Shown piece after piece: positions 1-12,689 of a stretch of 64,000 nucleotides of DNA; within the stretch, counting starts at the first letter, position 1; every line of letters begins with the position of its first letter. This DNA comes from Takakia lepidozioides (taxonomy: Eukaryota; Plantae; Bryophyta). The DNA lies in assembly GCA_030704615.1 (NCBI GenBank), contig CM060733.1:44578001-44642000 (forward strand), given 5' to 3'. The notes under the pieces are model-generated. The model saw only the letters and a list, made by a program, of their open reading frames with translations. It did no database searches and was not told the origin of the DNA. The position numbers and the translations under genes were made by a program.

Positions 1-1350
1 AGGAATCCTTGGTCTCTCTGCTTGGATTGGTGGTCTGGGCCTTGCATCTGCTGCTTACCACATGGATTTACTGTTTTAGGAAGCTTTTCCTCAGATGCGG
101 ATTATGCTGGAGTTTGCTATTTTAGATTTTGGGACCCTGCGTACATTTCGGGACTTATGACTGGTGAGATTGAGTAATGCTGGTGTTTTCTCGAGGCTTC
201 GAAATCTCCAAGCTTTGCTGATCGAAATACGGGGGGTTTAGGGTTTATTGTGCTGCAAAGTTCTCTGCATTCCTGTAGAAGAGGGCTGATTGCAGGAATC
301 GAATTTCGAGACTCTGTCGCTCACAGCTCTCGTCAGTGGAACCTGCGATCTTAACCAGGTATGCGTGGATTCAGCATATACAGTTGTACATATTGGCTTT
401 GGAGAAAGAGTAAGATAGCCAGCATTGTTGGTTCGAGTTTCTCGTTTTTTTGTGTTTGATCTGGATCCGTGAAGCACAGTGCTGCCGGTCACGAGTGGAG
501 AGAAGTCTTCCTTTATGTTGACTCCTCACCATACACCTAACACCTGGCACACCTGGCACGTAATGTAGAAGAACCTGATTCATGTGAAAGCTAGAGGGAT
601 CCGCATTGTGAAATAAAAGTAAGCGGGAGTATTGTGTATCACAGAGCGACAAGGTTAATGACTCTCACTAGACGAGGGAGTCACAATGTCTCAAGAGTGG
701 GTGCCCTCTTGCCAACCGACTTACGTGATCCTCACTTATCCGCCGGCAGCCTCCTTGTATGAACTTGTCAATGTGTTCGAAGTTGTTTGAACGGAGGAGC
801 ATGCTGGTTGTGTCATTCTTCGTTACGATCCGTTCAGTACTCTCTGCTAGAGTCGCAGAGAAGCTGAATAGGTGCTTGACCTCTGGCTCTAGCCTTACAC
901 GCACCTTCCCGGGTCATGAGCCAGACATATGGGGACAAGGAACAAGCTATAGTGCAGTGCCTAATGTGAGGGGAAGGTATTTCTAGTAGCATCGCTACCA
1001 TTCTTGATGGCAGATATGGATGTCTCTCCCGCAATCTGGTAGCATGGTCCGCCCACATTCTGACGCATAATACAGTCGCCTACAGACATAAGTCAGACTT
1101 GAAAAAAATTCCTGTATCGGACCATTTTATTTACATGTCAGTTGTAGCATCATTTGCATCTTTGAGATTCAGCCAGTGGCATTGGATAAATGATAAGTGA
1201 GGTTGACTCTGGTAGTAATATATATTGGAGGTGAGGTAGACCCCGTGGGCCATGGGCTAATATCTTCTCATCCTGGTATGCAGAGGGGGTAATGGATGGG
1301 ACGGAACTGGCAGCACTGAATTTGTAGGGAGGTGGGTGTATATAGACAAG

Positions 1351-4300
1351 ATGGGTTCAATGTGGGAGGCCGAGGTCTACCCAGAATGGCAAGACTACTA
1401 CCTTGTCTGCTACTTTTCCCTAGCATTCCCAGTTGCCCGTGTCCTTCTGGACTGCTTCTTTTACCAGGTGAGTTATCATCTAACGTTTATGTGATCATAT
1501 TACTCTAATTTCAACTGAAATGTCAGATGTGATTATGAATTCACAGATGCATATGCAGTTGTTGTCTCTGGCATCTCAAATTTTGCTCTTATTGTGAAAG
1601 TTTGATATAACCATCTCTAGAAATGACAGAAGTCTGCTGTTTTCTGCAATTTGGAGGGGAAGGTGTGAGAGAGGGCATTCAATTGCTCCTTTGTTGAATT
1701 TTCATGGGAGCCTGTCAAATACATCAAGGGCTTAACAACTACACCAATGCATTTCACAGTATCTCAGTTGTATGTGTCTATCTGAGCAATCACAAGCCTG
1801 TCAGGCAGCTTATTTTCAGCAGAGAGAGACTTGTGAGCAGATGCAAACATTCTCTAAGAATTTGAAAGATGGCCTTGCATTTGGTCAAGTGTGTGGCAGA
1901 AGCTAGCAAGGTGGCTCCTTTTTCCAAATGGCGAGAAGGGGATGAAAAAGATATTGCGGGAGGCTGCAGAGAAGAAGATCCCCAAATTTACAGAGTCAGC
2001 ATGGAAGCTCACATATTATGTGGCCACTGAAGTGTTTGCAGTCCTAATTACTTATAAGGAGCCCTGGTTTGGCAACACAAACGCTTTTTGGAATGGCTGG
2101 CCCTATCAGTCTCTCAAGTGCGTTCCCTTTGTCTCCACTCAAATGCTTCTTTACTTATCTCACCAGTATGTGACTGTTGGACGTAGAGATTCTTGACTGT
2201 GGCAGAGTCATTGTCTTGGAGTACATTTTGTGCAATAGAGAGACACCATTATCCAAGCACTTGTAGGTCCAGGCAAGAGAGACAAGGTACTTACTGACAT
2301 TCACTGAGAACTTTGGCTGATATATGCTTGAAGTTGTGTTTTGCATGATACATCATCCCCTCTAGAGTCGGTCATGGGGTCTTTGTTCACCGGAGTTTGG
2401 ATTTTCAGGCTGCAATTGCTCAATGGGAGGCAACTTGTAGGGAGTAGATTGCTGCGGTATTGACAGCAATACTGGAAGGTACATTGTTGACTGTATTGCC
2501 ACTGCGATGAGATTGCACTGCCCGAGACAGCAAATGAGCCAGGTTTGTGACACGGGTTATTTGTGCATGGGCCGGTTGTTGGGGAGCCAGGTTTCAATTG
2601 AAAGTATTTTACACATTCCAGTGTGGCTTCTACATTTACAGTGTGGCAGCACTGCTTGTATGGGAGACCAGGCGGAAAGACTTCGATGTCATGATGTCCC
2701 ACCACATTGTCACAATCGGCCTTATTGCCTACTCTTACATTTCGGGGTCTGCTCATTCAAATCCCTCCATTTTATTGAGTTTTTGCACTGGGAGATAAAC
2801 TGGTAGTCATTGCCTATTCCTAGTGGTCACTGGCTATGATGTAGATTTAACAGCATAGTTCCCACATTATAACCGTCTTGATAGTGTTTGGCAACCACTG
2901 CATATGAGGAGGCATCTGTATTTTTCACAATATCACTCAAGCTCACTCAGACATGTCCAATTTACTTCAAAGTTGAAGGCCTTGCCTTCCAACAAGGGTC
3001 CTAACTTCACCGATGATACATGTCATCCAGGCGTTTCTTCTTCAACCACATTAGCACCCCAATTGCAACACAGTACTTATCTGAGCATGTTGTCTGCTTC
3101 TCCACTCTCACAGACAGGAAACTGATAGTTGGCTCACACTTGGTCCAAATCTGTACGAGTCCTACTACAGCCAGAGACTAGACATTCATGTCCTATTCAG
3201 GTTGCTTGCATGGTCCAGCGATAACCTGTACTGTGGCATCCATCCTGGTGGAAGGTGTGCGTGAAATTTACAACACGGGCTTCTATGCGCTCAAGGAGAT
3301 TTTCAAGATATGTTGTAATACTGAATTTGGGCCATCAGAAGTTACAGGCCCAGTTTGTCTACTTCCGGTTTACTTCTGAAATCAGGGAGACTAACACTTA
3401 CAAACATGGGCTGCATGTTTTTTTCAGATCATTCCGTGTGGGGTCGATTGTGTTAGCACTGCATGACGTGAGCGATGTGTTTATGGAAACTGCGAAGCTG
3501 TTCAAGTATAGTAGCATGGAGCTGGGAGCCAGCCTTTCCTTTGGTTTGTTTGTGTTGTCATGGGTTGTTCTTCGGCTTGTATACTTTCCCTTTTGGATCA
3601 TCTGGAGCACCAGGTTTCCCCTCAGCCCTCCCACTTTCTTGCTCCTTTCTATTGTAAAGTAGATTGCAGCACTGAAGTCGTTGGATTAAGGATCACTGGT
3701 TACCGTAAATGAAGATGAACCTGCAAAGCAATTGGATTATTTATAATCCTGGGTCTGAGCAGGATGTAACATATCCTGAACAGCCTACCTTAGCCTCTTC
3801 CCAAGACAAGGCTAGCGAAAGCAATCGGGAGGCAAAGCAGCCTTCTTCAAAGTGGCCAGGGCACTGAGCCACACTTTCATGGTAGTCAAGGGCCTATGGA
3901 GCACGTCGTAGTGTTTTCTCTTGCAATTTTGGCAGTTGGTCTCCCCCAGCTATTGGAATGTAGGATCACCCAGCAAGATGTGGCACCACTGGAGAACATT
4001 CACCACTGCAAACTTCTGAAGTGTGCCAAATGAGTGCATGAATAGCACTGGGAAGAGAGACAGATGTACAAGTTCAGGATTCCCACAGACCCCACAGATT
4101 ACTTACCTACCAGAAAGAAATACAGAAACGAGGCCTCTAACATCCTACGAAAAGGCTAAGATCTTGTGGGACAGAAACCCCTTAACAAATAGAAACTGCG
4201 AAAAGTCAGCTCATGGCAAGGAGGGGGTGGGCATGGCAGCTATGAGGTGCTCAACTTTGTGGATCTCTCGGATCCATATGTAGCATTCCAGTACTACGTG

Positions 4301-4814
4301 TTTAACATGCTCCTCATCACATTGCTGGTGATCCACATCTACTGGTGGATATTGATATCACGCATGCTTGTGAAGCTGTTTTGTAACCGTGGCAAGGTTG
4401 GCGACGATGTCCGATCAGGTTGGTTTGACTTGTGCATTCTGTGTCTGATCATCGTCTAAAGAACTCTGTCAATAATGTTGACAAGAGTATGTGTGACTGC
4501 AACACTTTTCCAGTCTGGTTCAGTTAGTGGCTGTTCTAAATGTGTACATGGGGTCACTTTCCTGGGACTCATGTAGTGAAGCTTATCTATGTATGTAGGA
4601 ACACGGGGAATCTCTACATAAAATCCAGGCAACACCGCTCATACTTTGATATAGAAATACCAAATAACTGTTTGTTGGCCCTTTGTCTGCTTGGGTGAAA
4701 ATCTAGTCTCCCCTCAGTTTAAGACTCTTTGGAAGACGATTCTGATACCATGAGACATGGGTGTCCTTATAACGGTTTATGTTTGATGTGGCAGATTCGG
4801 AGGATGAAGACTAG
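1351..4814 (+). CDS. LOH2: Ceramide synthase, LAG1/TLC family, LOH2-like (6 coding exons, 291 aa)
   Basis: GT-AG exons 1351-1467, 1900-2117, 2591-2746, 3428-3613, 4240-4418 and 4795-4814 total 876 nt in frame. The product has ESAWKLTYY, QCGFYIYSVAALLVWETRRKDFDVMMSHH, LALHDVSDVFMETAK (Lag1p motif), HIYWW and the C-terminal GKVGDDVRSDSEDED, closely resembling plant LOH2. Probable 5'UTR intron upstream (donor ~359, acceptor ~1327). Confidence 0.93.
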
Positions 4815-5354
4815 GAGTCGAGATCTTTGAAATTGTTATTACCGACTCTTTAATGGAGTGAGGTTCTTACATGGAAGGAGCTCTGCAAGGGGTGTAGTGA
4901 GTGGGCCTGATTATCCACCAGTGAAGTGGTTATTACTCGTGCGGGAAAGAAGCGAGATGCAGCTGGCATCACATCGATGCCAGCTTTTCCCCGTCTTCAT
5001 TGCTGGAGCACATTTGTTCAAAATTAGAACTCACTCAGCAGAGGGGGCACACTAATTGAGTTGCTTACAGCATTTGATTTGATTACGTAGCCAAAAGTGT
5101 TAAGGGTCTGGTCAACTTGGGAAGGGATCTGCCATTGCAGAGCGAAGCTGGATAGTAGCACGCCATCTTTTCCCATATTGTTTTATGCGATTGTCAGTGA
5201 ATCAGAGAGTCGAAAGTCTGTAGGACAGGGAACTTCTAATGTAAAAATTCCCACGGGCTTATAGCTTACTAAATGAAGGATTGAATTTGATTTATCAGTA
5301 AAATTTGCAGTAGGTCTTGTGGATTCAATACCTCAGCTTGATAAAGCCATGGCG

Positions 5355-5375
5355 CTCTCTCTCTCTCTCTCTCTC
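5355..5375. repeat. (CT)n microsatellite
   Basis: Uninterrupted CT run. Confidence 0.9.
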
Positions 5376-5773
5376 ATGCGCAGGTGGATCTATCAAGCTC
5401 CAACCGCAAAAGGCCATGTGGTGTTGTATCTTGTAACCGGTGTAGGTTATCATCGGTGCGGACAGCTCTCGCCACGTTGAACCTGCTGTCACGGAATCGA
5501 TGCCGTCTACCTTTAGTAGAGCTTACTTAATTACTGGTACGTCTAACTTGCCATCACCAGCCTTGCTTGCTGCCTTCCAATGCCTCTCTTTACTCTCATA
5601 ACCCCCCCCTCCCTTCCTTTCTATTCCCCATACTCCCTCTGCGCGTCCTGTCTGCGCAATCACACAACAAACAAACCCCCCTTCGTCGTCGTCGTCACCA
5701 CCCACGCATCACTCGCACGCTCGACCTTCGCACTTTCCGGCAAACGAGAAACTCGTGGTTCCGACAGCGCGGG

Positions 5774-6614
5774 GAATCTCAGATCGCACGTGCGCGTAGC
5801 ATATGGCTCCCTTTTTGAAACTCCCGGAATATCAGGAGATACTCTGAATATCCCTGATCCGCTTGGTATATCCTCGCTCCCAGCGTTCCCAATGCAGGAA
5901 TCTGGGGCTCCAGATCCCCGGGAGCCACCCGGGATCCCGATTCCCGATCCCCGGCGCTTGACCCGGGTGGCATCACGGGCACGCCTCTGAGAACCCTGGG
6001 GAACGGGAATCAGGATCTCAAAAAGTTTGGCGCCATCAGAGATTCCCCCGCATTTAATTTGTGCTGCCCGGGTATCGGGAATCTGCCGCTGCGCTGTCGG
6101 GCCCTCTGATCCGAGCCCGGCCTACCCAACCCTCTCACGTGTCGACCTACCGGTACGGCCTCCAGTACAGCGGCTGCTGCCGGTGGGTAGGTCGCCCCTG
6201 GTTTGTTTGATTTTTCGCGCAGTGGGTTCTTGGCCGAGTTTTGGTGGAAGAAGTTGTTGGAGGAAAGGAAAGGGAACGGAAGGGAACGGAGGGGAGCATC
6301 GCGAGCGAGGATCAGAGAAGGTACTTGCGGGGCGGATTTTATTAGTGGCAGAATAAATGTGGTTGGGGAACAATTGATTAGGGCAATAATACGACATGCA
6401 AAACACGGCGGGTGCGGTGGGGAGGTCTGATTCGATACTCCTTATCCCCAGTATATCCTTGCATATACCCACCCCTGATTTAGTCGGTCGCCCCAGCGAA
6501 TCAGTGGGTTGGCTGGTGGCGACCGTCTTCCCTCTCCTTTTCTGTGTTTGATTGCGTTTGCAGCGAGAGGATTGATGCGAAATCTTGGGTTGCCTTCTTG
6601 GGTGTGTTTGATTC
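5774..6614 (+). promoter_or_regulatory. Putative promoter of the HHO/NIGT1-like gene with P1BS (GNATATNC) and GAATC/GATTC clusters
   Basis: P1BS matches at 5846 (GAATATCC), 5866 (GTATATCC), 6451 (GTATATCC) and 6461 (GCATATAC). GAATC/GATTC at 5774, 5898, 5939, 6007, 6041, 6079, 6429, 6498 and 6610, in a CpG-rich island upstream of the gene. Confidence 0.6.
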
Positions 6615-8560
6615 GGGCTTGTCTGAGTTGGGTTCGTTCATCTCTGGGGTCGCTGGAGTTTTTCTCGCAGATTTTGGTGTTGGGGAAGGACGAGCTTCGG
6701 TTGGGTTGGTAGTCTGGCATTTGACTTCGGACTGCTGGCTGGCTCGCTCCCTTGTGCTTCTTGTGATGAAACAAGCAGCTGCTACGGTTGTAGAAAGTGG
6801 AGAAAGATAAAGGTGAAGGTTTGGTGTAAAGCTTGGTTGAGGGTCCATGCAAGGCTGCAATCCATGAGCTGGAATCTTGCGCTACCTTCGTGGGATAAAA
6901 ATGCAGGAGCTCTGATTGTACCGATTCGGAGGCGGTAGTGTGAGCAAAGGCTGCGCTGATTGGCAGAAGAGAGGTGGCCCATGGATCTTCCCAGACAGTA
7001 ACCGAGAACAACATTGACTACCAATCTATGTAGTTCGTAGCTGGAGTCGGACCGTACGGCATTTAGGTACTCGTTATGATCTCTCTCTTGCTGGTTCTGT
7101 CAGTTGGTGTTACCATGTGTTTGGCGCCATCGTTTGCTAAAGATACGTGTTTTAGTCCTTCTTCCTCTTCACCATCTTCCTCGTCCTCATGTCTTACGCT
7201 GTCTCTGTCTCCCCATGTTATCAGTCCACTTCTCCAAAGAACACAGTATATACACGACAAGCGCAAATTTAGAGTTTTGAACGCTGGCTTAAGCATAGGT
7301 AGTAGTCTTTTGACATCTTTCTGCGATCCTTGTTCAATAGGAGCATCCTTGTGCGGAATTGAGATTTTTTTATGTAAGCTCCAACGCCCTGTTCCTTGGA
7401 GGAATCTGCTAGCTTTGAAGCCCTTGAAATCTGACATATTTGAAACCATGCGGCTGAAGGTAGTCAGCGTGTTATTGTTGATACGGGGTGGTAATCTCAG
7501 GCTGCTTTCAAACTTCTCACATTTTTTTGTTCGTCCCAACAATCAGTAGGGAGTTTCTTCAGTCTTATAATGGCGGATGGAGAATGTTTCCCACCATGAA
7601 AACCCTCTACATGCCCGCATACTCTTCTCTGTGAAGGACAGCCATGAGGCTCGATCTACCTGATGACCAGGGGAAAATCGAAGCAGGGAAGAATCTTATC
7701 ATTCCACATGCGATTACCAAATGCTACACTGTTTCAGGCATTGCAGCTATCGTACTAATCCGTTTTGGTTGTATGACTCATGAGTCATATGAATTGCTAC
7801 TTCACTAGCTGGCACTCCAGCTAGTCTAGTCGCTGGGTGGCGGGAGAACTCTTAGAGGGGTTAAATGGCGTGTCTGGAGGTCCACGCACTCCCTGATTTC
7901 TAGACTTCATGTGCCAGCCGGGTGTGATAGTTATATAAGCTTATATCCGTCTGCACAGCTTCCTCCAAGAAGTGGGGCACCTTTACTCTTGTTCTAGTGA
8001 GGAAGCCTGGAATTCACATCAGGTTGAAAAAAACTTTTGTTTTGAGAATGGATCAGAAGTAAGATGGCATCAGTGTCACATCCTCTCATTCACAAGTAAA
8101 CTTTTACACCTAATTTGTGTTATTTACGTCATATGGAGTCTCATGGTGCAAGAAGGTGGTTATATGAGCATCCGCCAGGTTCATCTAACAACCGATTTTG
8201 TAGAGTTCTTGGTAATAGCTCATACAAGCAGTTTGACTTTCTGCATACCTGCAAAAAATGTTTCTTCGAATTGTATTGTCGGGCTTTGCAACAATCCCTC
8301 GCAACTACAAACCAGTAGGTCATCCCAGCGTTCACCTTAGATCACAGTCCTGCCACTGACCACACTAGTCTTCAACTTACACTCTGCTATTTGCAAGCAA
8401 TAACAGACATTCTACAGTTATGAAAGGGGTGGTTGTATTTTGATGTCCTCACAAAAGGCTCTGCTCCTGCACAGGACGGCGATTTTTTCTAAAAAGGCTC
8501 ATACAAGGGAAGAAGAAGACTTGTTACATGAGGTTCTTTCCCCGTGCATGAGAGGAAACT

Positions 8561-11500
8561 ATGGGATCACCAGATGACCTTACCTTAAGTTGCCATACCC
8601 AAGTGCCTAGTGGTACAGCAGCCACAACCACTGTTTCCAAGACCAGTCCACCCTTTGAGGGGAACCAGTTGGAGCGTGTGTGTAAAGTAGAGGAGTATTT
8701 GCGAGGACTTGAGGATGAGCGGCGCAAGATCGAAGCCTTTAAACGAGAGCTGCCTCTCTGCATGCAACTGCTTGATGATGGTGAGCCATGGTCTTCTTCT
8801 CCCACTAGCATGGCTAGTACTTGACTGCTATATCCATAACTTGTGGGCTGATTGGCATGAAGGAGAAATGTGCTTGTGCTATTTTTGGTGTTTTCTGCTT
8901 ATCATGGTTGCGGTCAACTTGCTGAAGGAATTTGCAACACCTAAACAATCACTTACTTGTTTCACAGCGATTGAGGCCTCAAAGGAGCAGCAAGCTGAGA
9001 ATCCACCCTCTCCCACAATCTCGCGTCCCTGCCAGCTTAGCCCTTCTAACAGGTCGGAGGCCAATGTCGAGAGCTCTAGTGGCCGGCCAGTGCTGGAGGA
9101 ATTCATTCCGTTGAAGAGGCGGTGGGAAAGGCAGCAGAGAGAAGAGCGTGGGGAGGGGGAAAGCAATCAACCAGCCAAGCGTCCTGTCCAGGAAGCAAAG
9201 CCTGCGTGGATGGCCGAAGCCCAGCTGTGGACCCACCAGTCTGAGCCATTGGACCACCATCAGGAGGTGTGCACCTATTTGACTCTAACAGTGCTTAATA
9301 TAACTCCAATCTAGTGTCTCTCTTGTTGGTCATTACTGTCTTTCTCTTTATGTGTGAGTGTGTGCTTGGATGCCTCTACTCTCTGAAAGTCTTGCTGAAG
9401 CTGCTGGTAGGATCTTGATGGCCTTTCCTAATGCAATCCTGGAATTGTTGGACCCACAATCTAGCTTTGTCAGGCCTGGAAAAAGAAGGGATCTGTTACA
9501 GCGCTTCACTTACTACTATTGCAGAAGGACTCACCACCAGGGAGGCACGGGCAATCGGAACAAGAACAGAGCTCTGTCACCAGCTCGCGGCTTCTCTTGA
9601 GCTCAAAGCAGCGCCCTGGAGGAGCATTTCTCCCTTTCATAAGAGAGCGGCAGCTCACTGTACCCCTTGTGTCCCGGTCGACAGGAGGTGCAGGAAATGG
9701 AGCCGATTTGAGGCTCTCATCTGCAGATCGGGCATCTAGTCCCAACGGCCATACCTTTGGAGCAGCAGATTCGGAGGTAGGAAGCATAGATGTAAGTCTC
9801 CGTACACAAGATCAAGGATTGAATCCACTGGGTTGCAAGGAGATGGGGCTCCGATCAAATGGGATGTCAGGGGCAGGGAGTACCAGCGTGGGAGGTAGCC
9901 AGTCACAGCGCAAAGCACGGAGGTAGTCTCTTCTCCTTTTTAAGACTCTAATATTTGATTCAAAGTAGTCGAGTCTTGGCTTGGAAGGAATTAGGTGAAA
10001 GGAGCAATGTAGGAATGGTTCAGGGACTCAAGATCATAAACGGCACACTCAAGCTAATGCCCCAGGTCAGTTAGAGAAAATACCAAGCCAGAAATTTGGA
10101 AATGCTGTCTTCAGGAAATTGCCAAGTCAGGATGAAGAACTCTGAACACTGATGAGTCTGTCCTATTGTACCTTTGGGATGCAGATGTTGGTCACCTGAG
10201 CTTCACCGGCGCTTTGTCAGTGCCCTCCAGCAGCTTGGAGGTGCCCAAGGTATCCATCGTTCTGTGCTTTTCTTTCCTTTGCAGAAGCTTGGCTGGTCTG
10301 AGCATCCAATTGTTGGCAAATCTTGCAAGTCTTGTAAGGGCCCGCCCCTCTTCAAGTAGGGCAGTATCGCTTTCAGGTGGCTCTTAGCCTTGGACGACGT
10401 CACGTCTCTGAACTCTGCAAGCCGCTCACCTGCAAGTGAAGAATTTGCGCAATTGCACACATGCCAATGCCCTGTTTGGGGGGAGGTGGCTATTGTTGTG
10501 TGTGAATGTACACTGACACTGAAGAGAACGGTTCATCTTCTGCAGCATCCTTAACTGTATGGACATACTGAAGTGGTAATGTTGTACTGAAACAGTTGCA
10601 ACCCCCAAGCAAATACGCGAGCTGATGAAGGTGGATGGCCTTACCAATGATGAAGTGAAGAGCCACCTCCAGGTACCCTTTCTATCGACATCTCTGACGG
10701 TGTTATAGCCTCTAATGTCCTTGCTTGGATAGCATATGCTGAAGTCTGTGTGTGGACGATGTTGCTACTACACAAGCTCTACGATTGATGCCTACATTTT
10801 ATGTTTGTCCATTGCTTCTGGTGTTTACTTAGTGCATAAGATCGACTTAGGGGTGGATGTTGTATTACCAGGTGAACAGCTATATCTGTGTGCCTGCCTA
10901 CTTGGAAGGTTGTTTGGAGTTTGTTGGTTTTTGTAAGTTCCTTCACAGATTCCTCCCATGAAACTAACGCACGGTAAAGCGATCTTTTCTACAGAAGTAT
11001 AGGTTGCACACGCGAAGACCTAGCCCTTCTCAAACAGCAACTGCCCAGGCACCCCAGCTGGTTGTGCTAGGGGGCATTTGGGTTCCACCAGAGTATGCAG
11101 CAGCTTCCTCACAACCATCCTCTGGCCAACAGTCGCACTATTGCCAGCCCTCTCTTCCTCACGACTACTCCTCTCGGCCATCTGGAGGTCAACTACAGAT
11201 GCATGGGGCCCCATTCTTTGAGCAGCAGCAAGCAGCCTCTCAATCCCAGACCTCACCACAGGTAAAGATTGAGTGTAGCATACAACCTTGAGCATAATCG
11301 GTGAGGGAGAGTGACTACAGTGCCGAATGGTATGGGGATACTTGGTGATGATACATGCTACTATTTTAATTTGTTTTGGCTGGCAATTGATATTCTTCCT
11401 AATGTTGTAACATCCTGCAGAGACCCTTGCAAGCTGTCACGAGCCAACTGTCCGGTGCAGCCCGCAGGTCCAGTCATGGCAACATCTACCAAGATGACAG

Positions 11501-11771
11501 TGGTGGAGAGGAGGGGAAATCGGACAGCACCAGTTGGAGAGGAAGGAAATCAGAGGATGAGGGAGAGAATGCAGATGCTGATCAAACACAACCCACCAGG
11601 GACTCGAGGGAAAGCAGTGACGGGCACCTGGAGGATGAAAGCGCTGCCAACAACTTCAGAGATCATAAAAGTACAGTATTGAAGCTTGAAATTTCATGTG
11701 CGCCTCCCACCAGTGTTGAAGAAGGAGCCACTAGTGGCGTGAATTCGAGTGTGGTCAATGCATCCTCTTAG
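8561..11771 (+). CDS. GARP/G2-like MYB transcription factor, HRS1/HHO/NIGT1 clade (7 coding exons, 558 aa)
   Basis: Exons 8561-8780, 8968-9266, 9525-9922, 10185-10249, 10596-10672, 10995-11261 and 11421-11771 total 1677 nt in frame. Clade motifs [108 protein letters not shown] and [13 protein letters not shown]. Confidence 0.94.
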
Positions 11772-12380
11772 TATTGTAAAGGAGAGTAAAGAGAGGAATT
11801 TTCTCACTGGCACCTGGTATGAGTGGGGTCAGAATGCTTGATGCGGTCACTGGTGGTCGAACCTGTCTCGTTGTGTGCAACAAGTGGATTCATTAGATGC
11901 TCAATGGGTGCAGCTTTGTGGCTTCTCAATCACCCAAACTGCGTTGCCCTTTGTATCCAATTGTCCCTTTGTACTCGGCTCTCAACGCCCTCCCCAAGCA
12001 ACTTGGAATGCATTGCTCCTTCACCCCCTCCTTCCTGCCTGTGGATTATGAGACTGCAATGTTTTGCCCCCTAATAACGAAACCAACCGAGCTTGCCCAA
12101 CACAGGCCCCATCCAAACTACAAAGGCTCAAACAAAAAGGAAGCAAAAGAATAGTTGATTTGCAAACAGTTTTTTTGTTATTGTGGAAAGTGATGCATGG
12201 GTTTAAGAGGGGGAAAAAAAAAAAAAAAACTAAGAGAGACATGCTTTCTCTTGTTAATTCTTTCTCTTTCCTTTTGTTGAGGCCCTTACAAGAGGAGGTA
12301 AAACAACCACTTTTCATTAGTGGGTATACATACAATCTAAGACCCAAAGACCACGAAAATAGTAATACCACACCTGACAT

Positions 12381-12441
12381 GGTAGCAGGAATTGAACCCC
12401 GAATCACCTAGGTGGCACACAGTGAATTGAGCTATCGGCTT
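12381..12441 (-). mobile_element. Degenerate tRNA-derived SINE head
   Basis: The minus strand reads GCCGATAGCTCAATT...GGGGTTCAATTCCTGCTACC (A-box- and B-box-like). No complete cloverleaf. Confidence 0.3.
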
Positions 12442-12689
12442 GGGGAGCATTTTTTTAGATTTGAACCATGGCTACGCATTGCTCCGCACTACTTTGGTAT
12501 ACTGGATATGGGATAGTAAGATATTTTTTAATTTGATGATGGTGTGAACTTTTTGTCACCTTATTATGACACACTTCTAATGTTCTATTGCAATACGAGT
12601 TGCCCATTTTGTCACTTTATTACAGCATTGGCACTTTATTACGTGAAAATCAAAAAGCATGCCGATTTCATATTGTTTGCATCGCAGTG

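Noticed and set aside
5523-7549. Cluster of 100-190-aa ORFs upstream of the HHO gene
   Set aside because: They overlap on both strands, have no recognisable motifs, and lie in a GC-rich promoter/UTR region.
12487-12497. CACTACTTTGG as the left end pairing with the 19404 CACTA-like terminus
   Set aside because: Only 7 nt match and the flanking 3-mers (CCG vs CAT) do not form a TSD.
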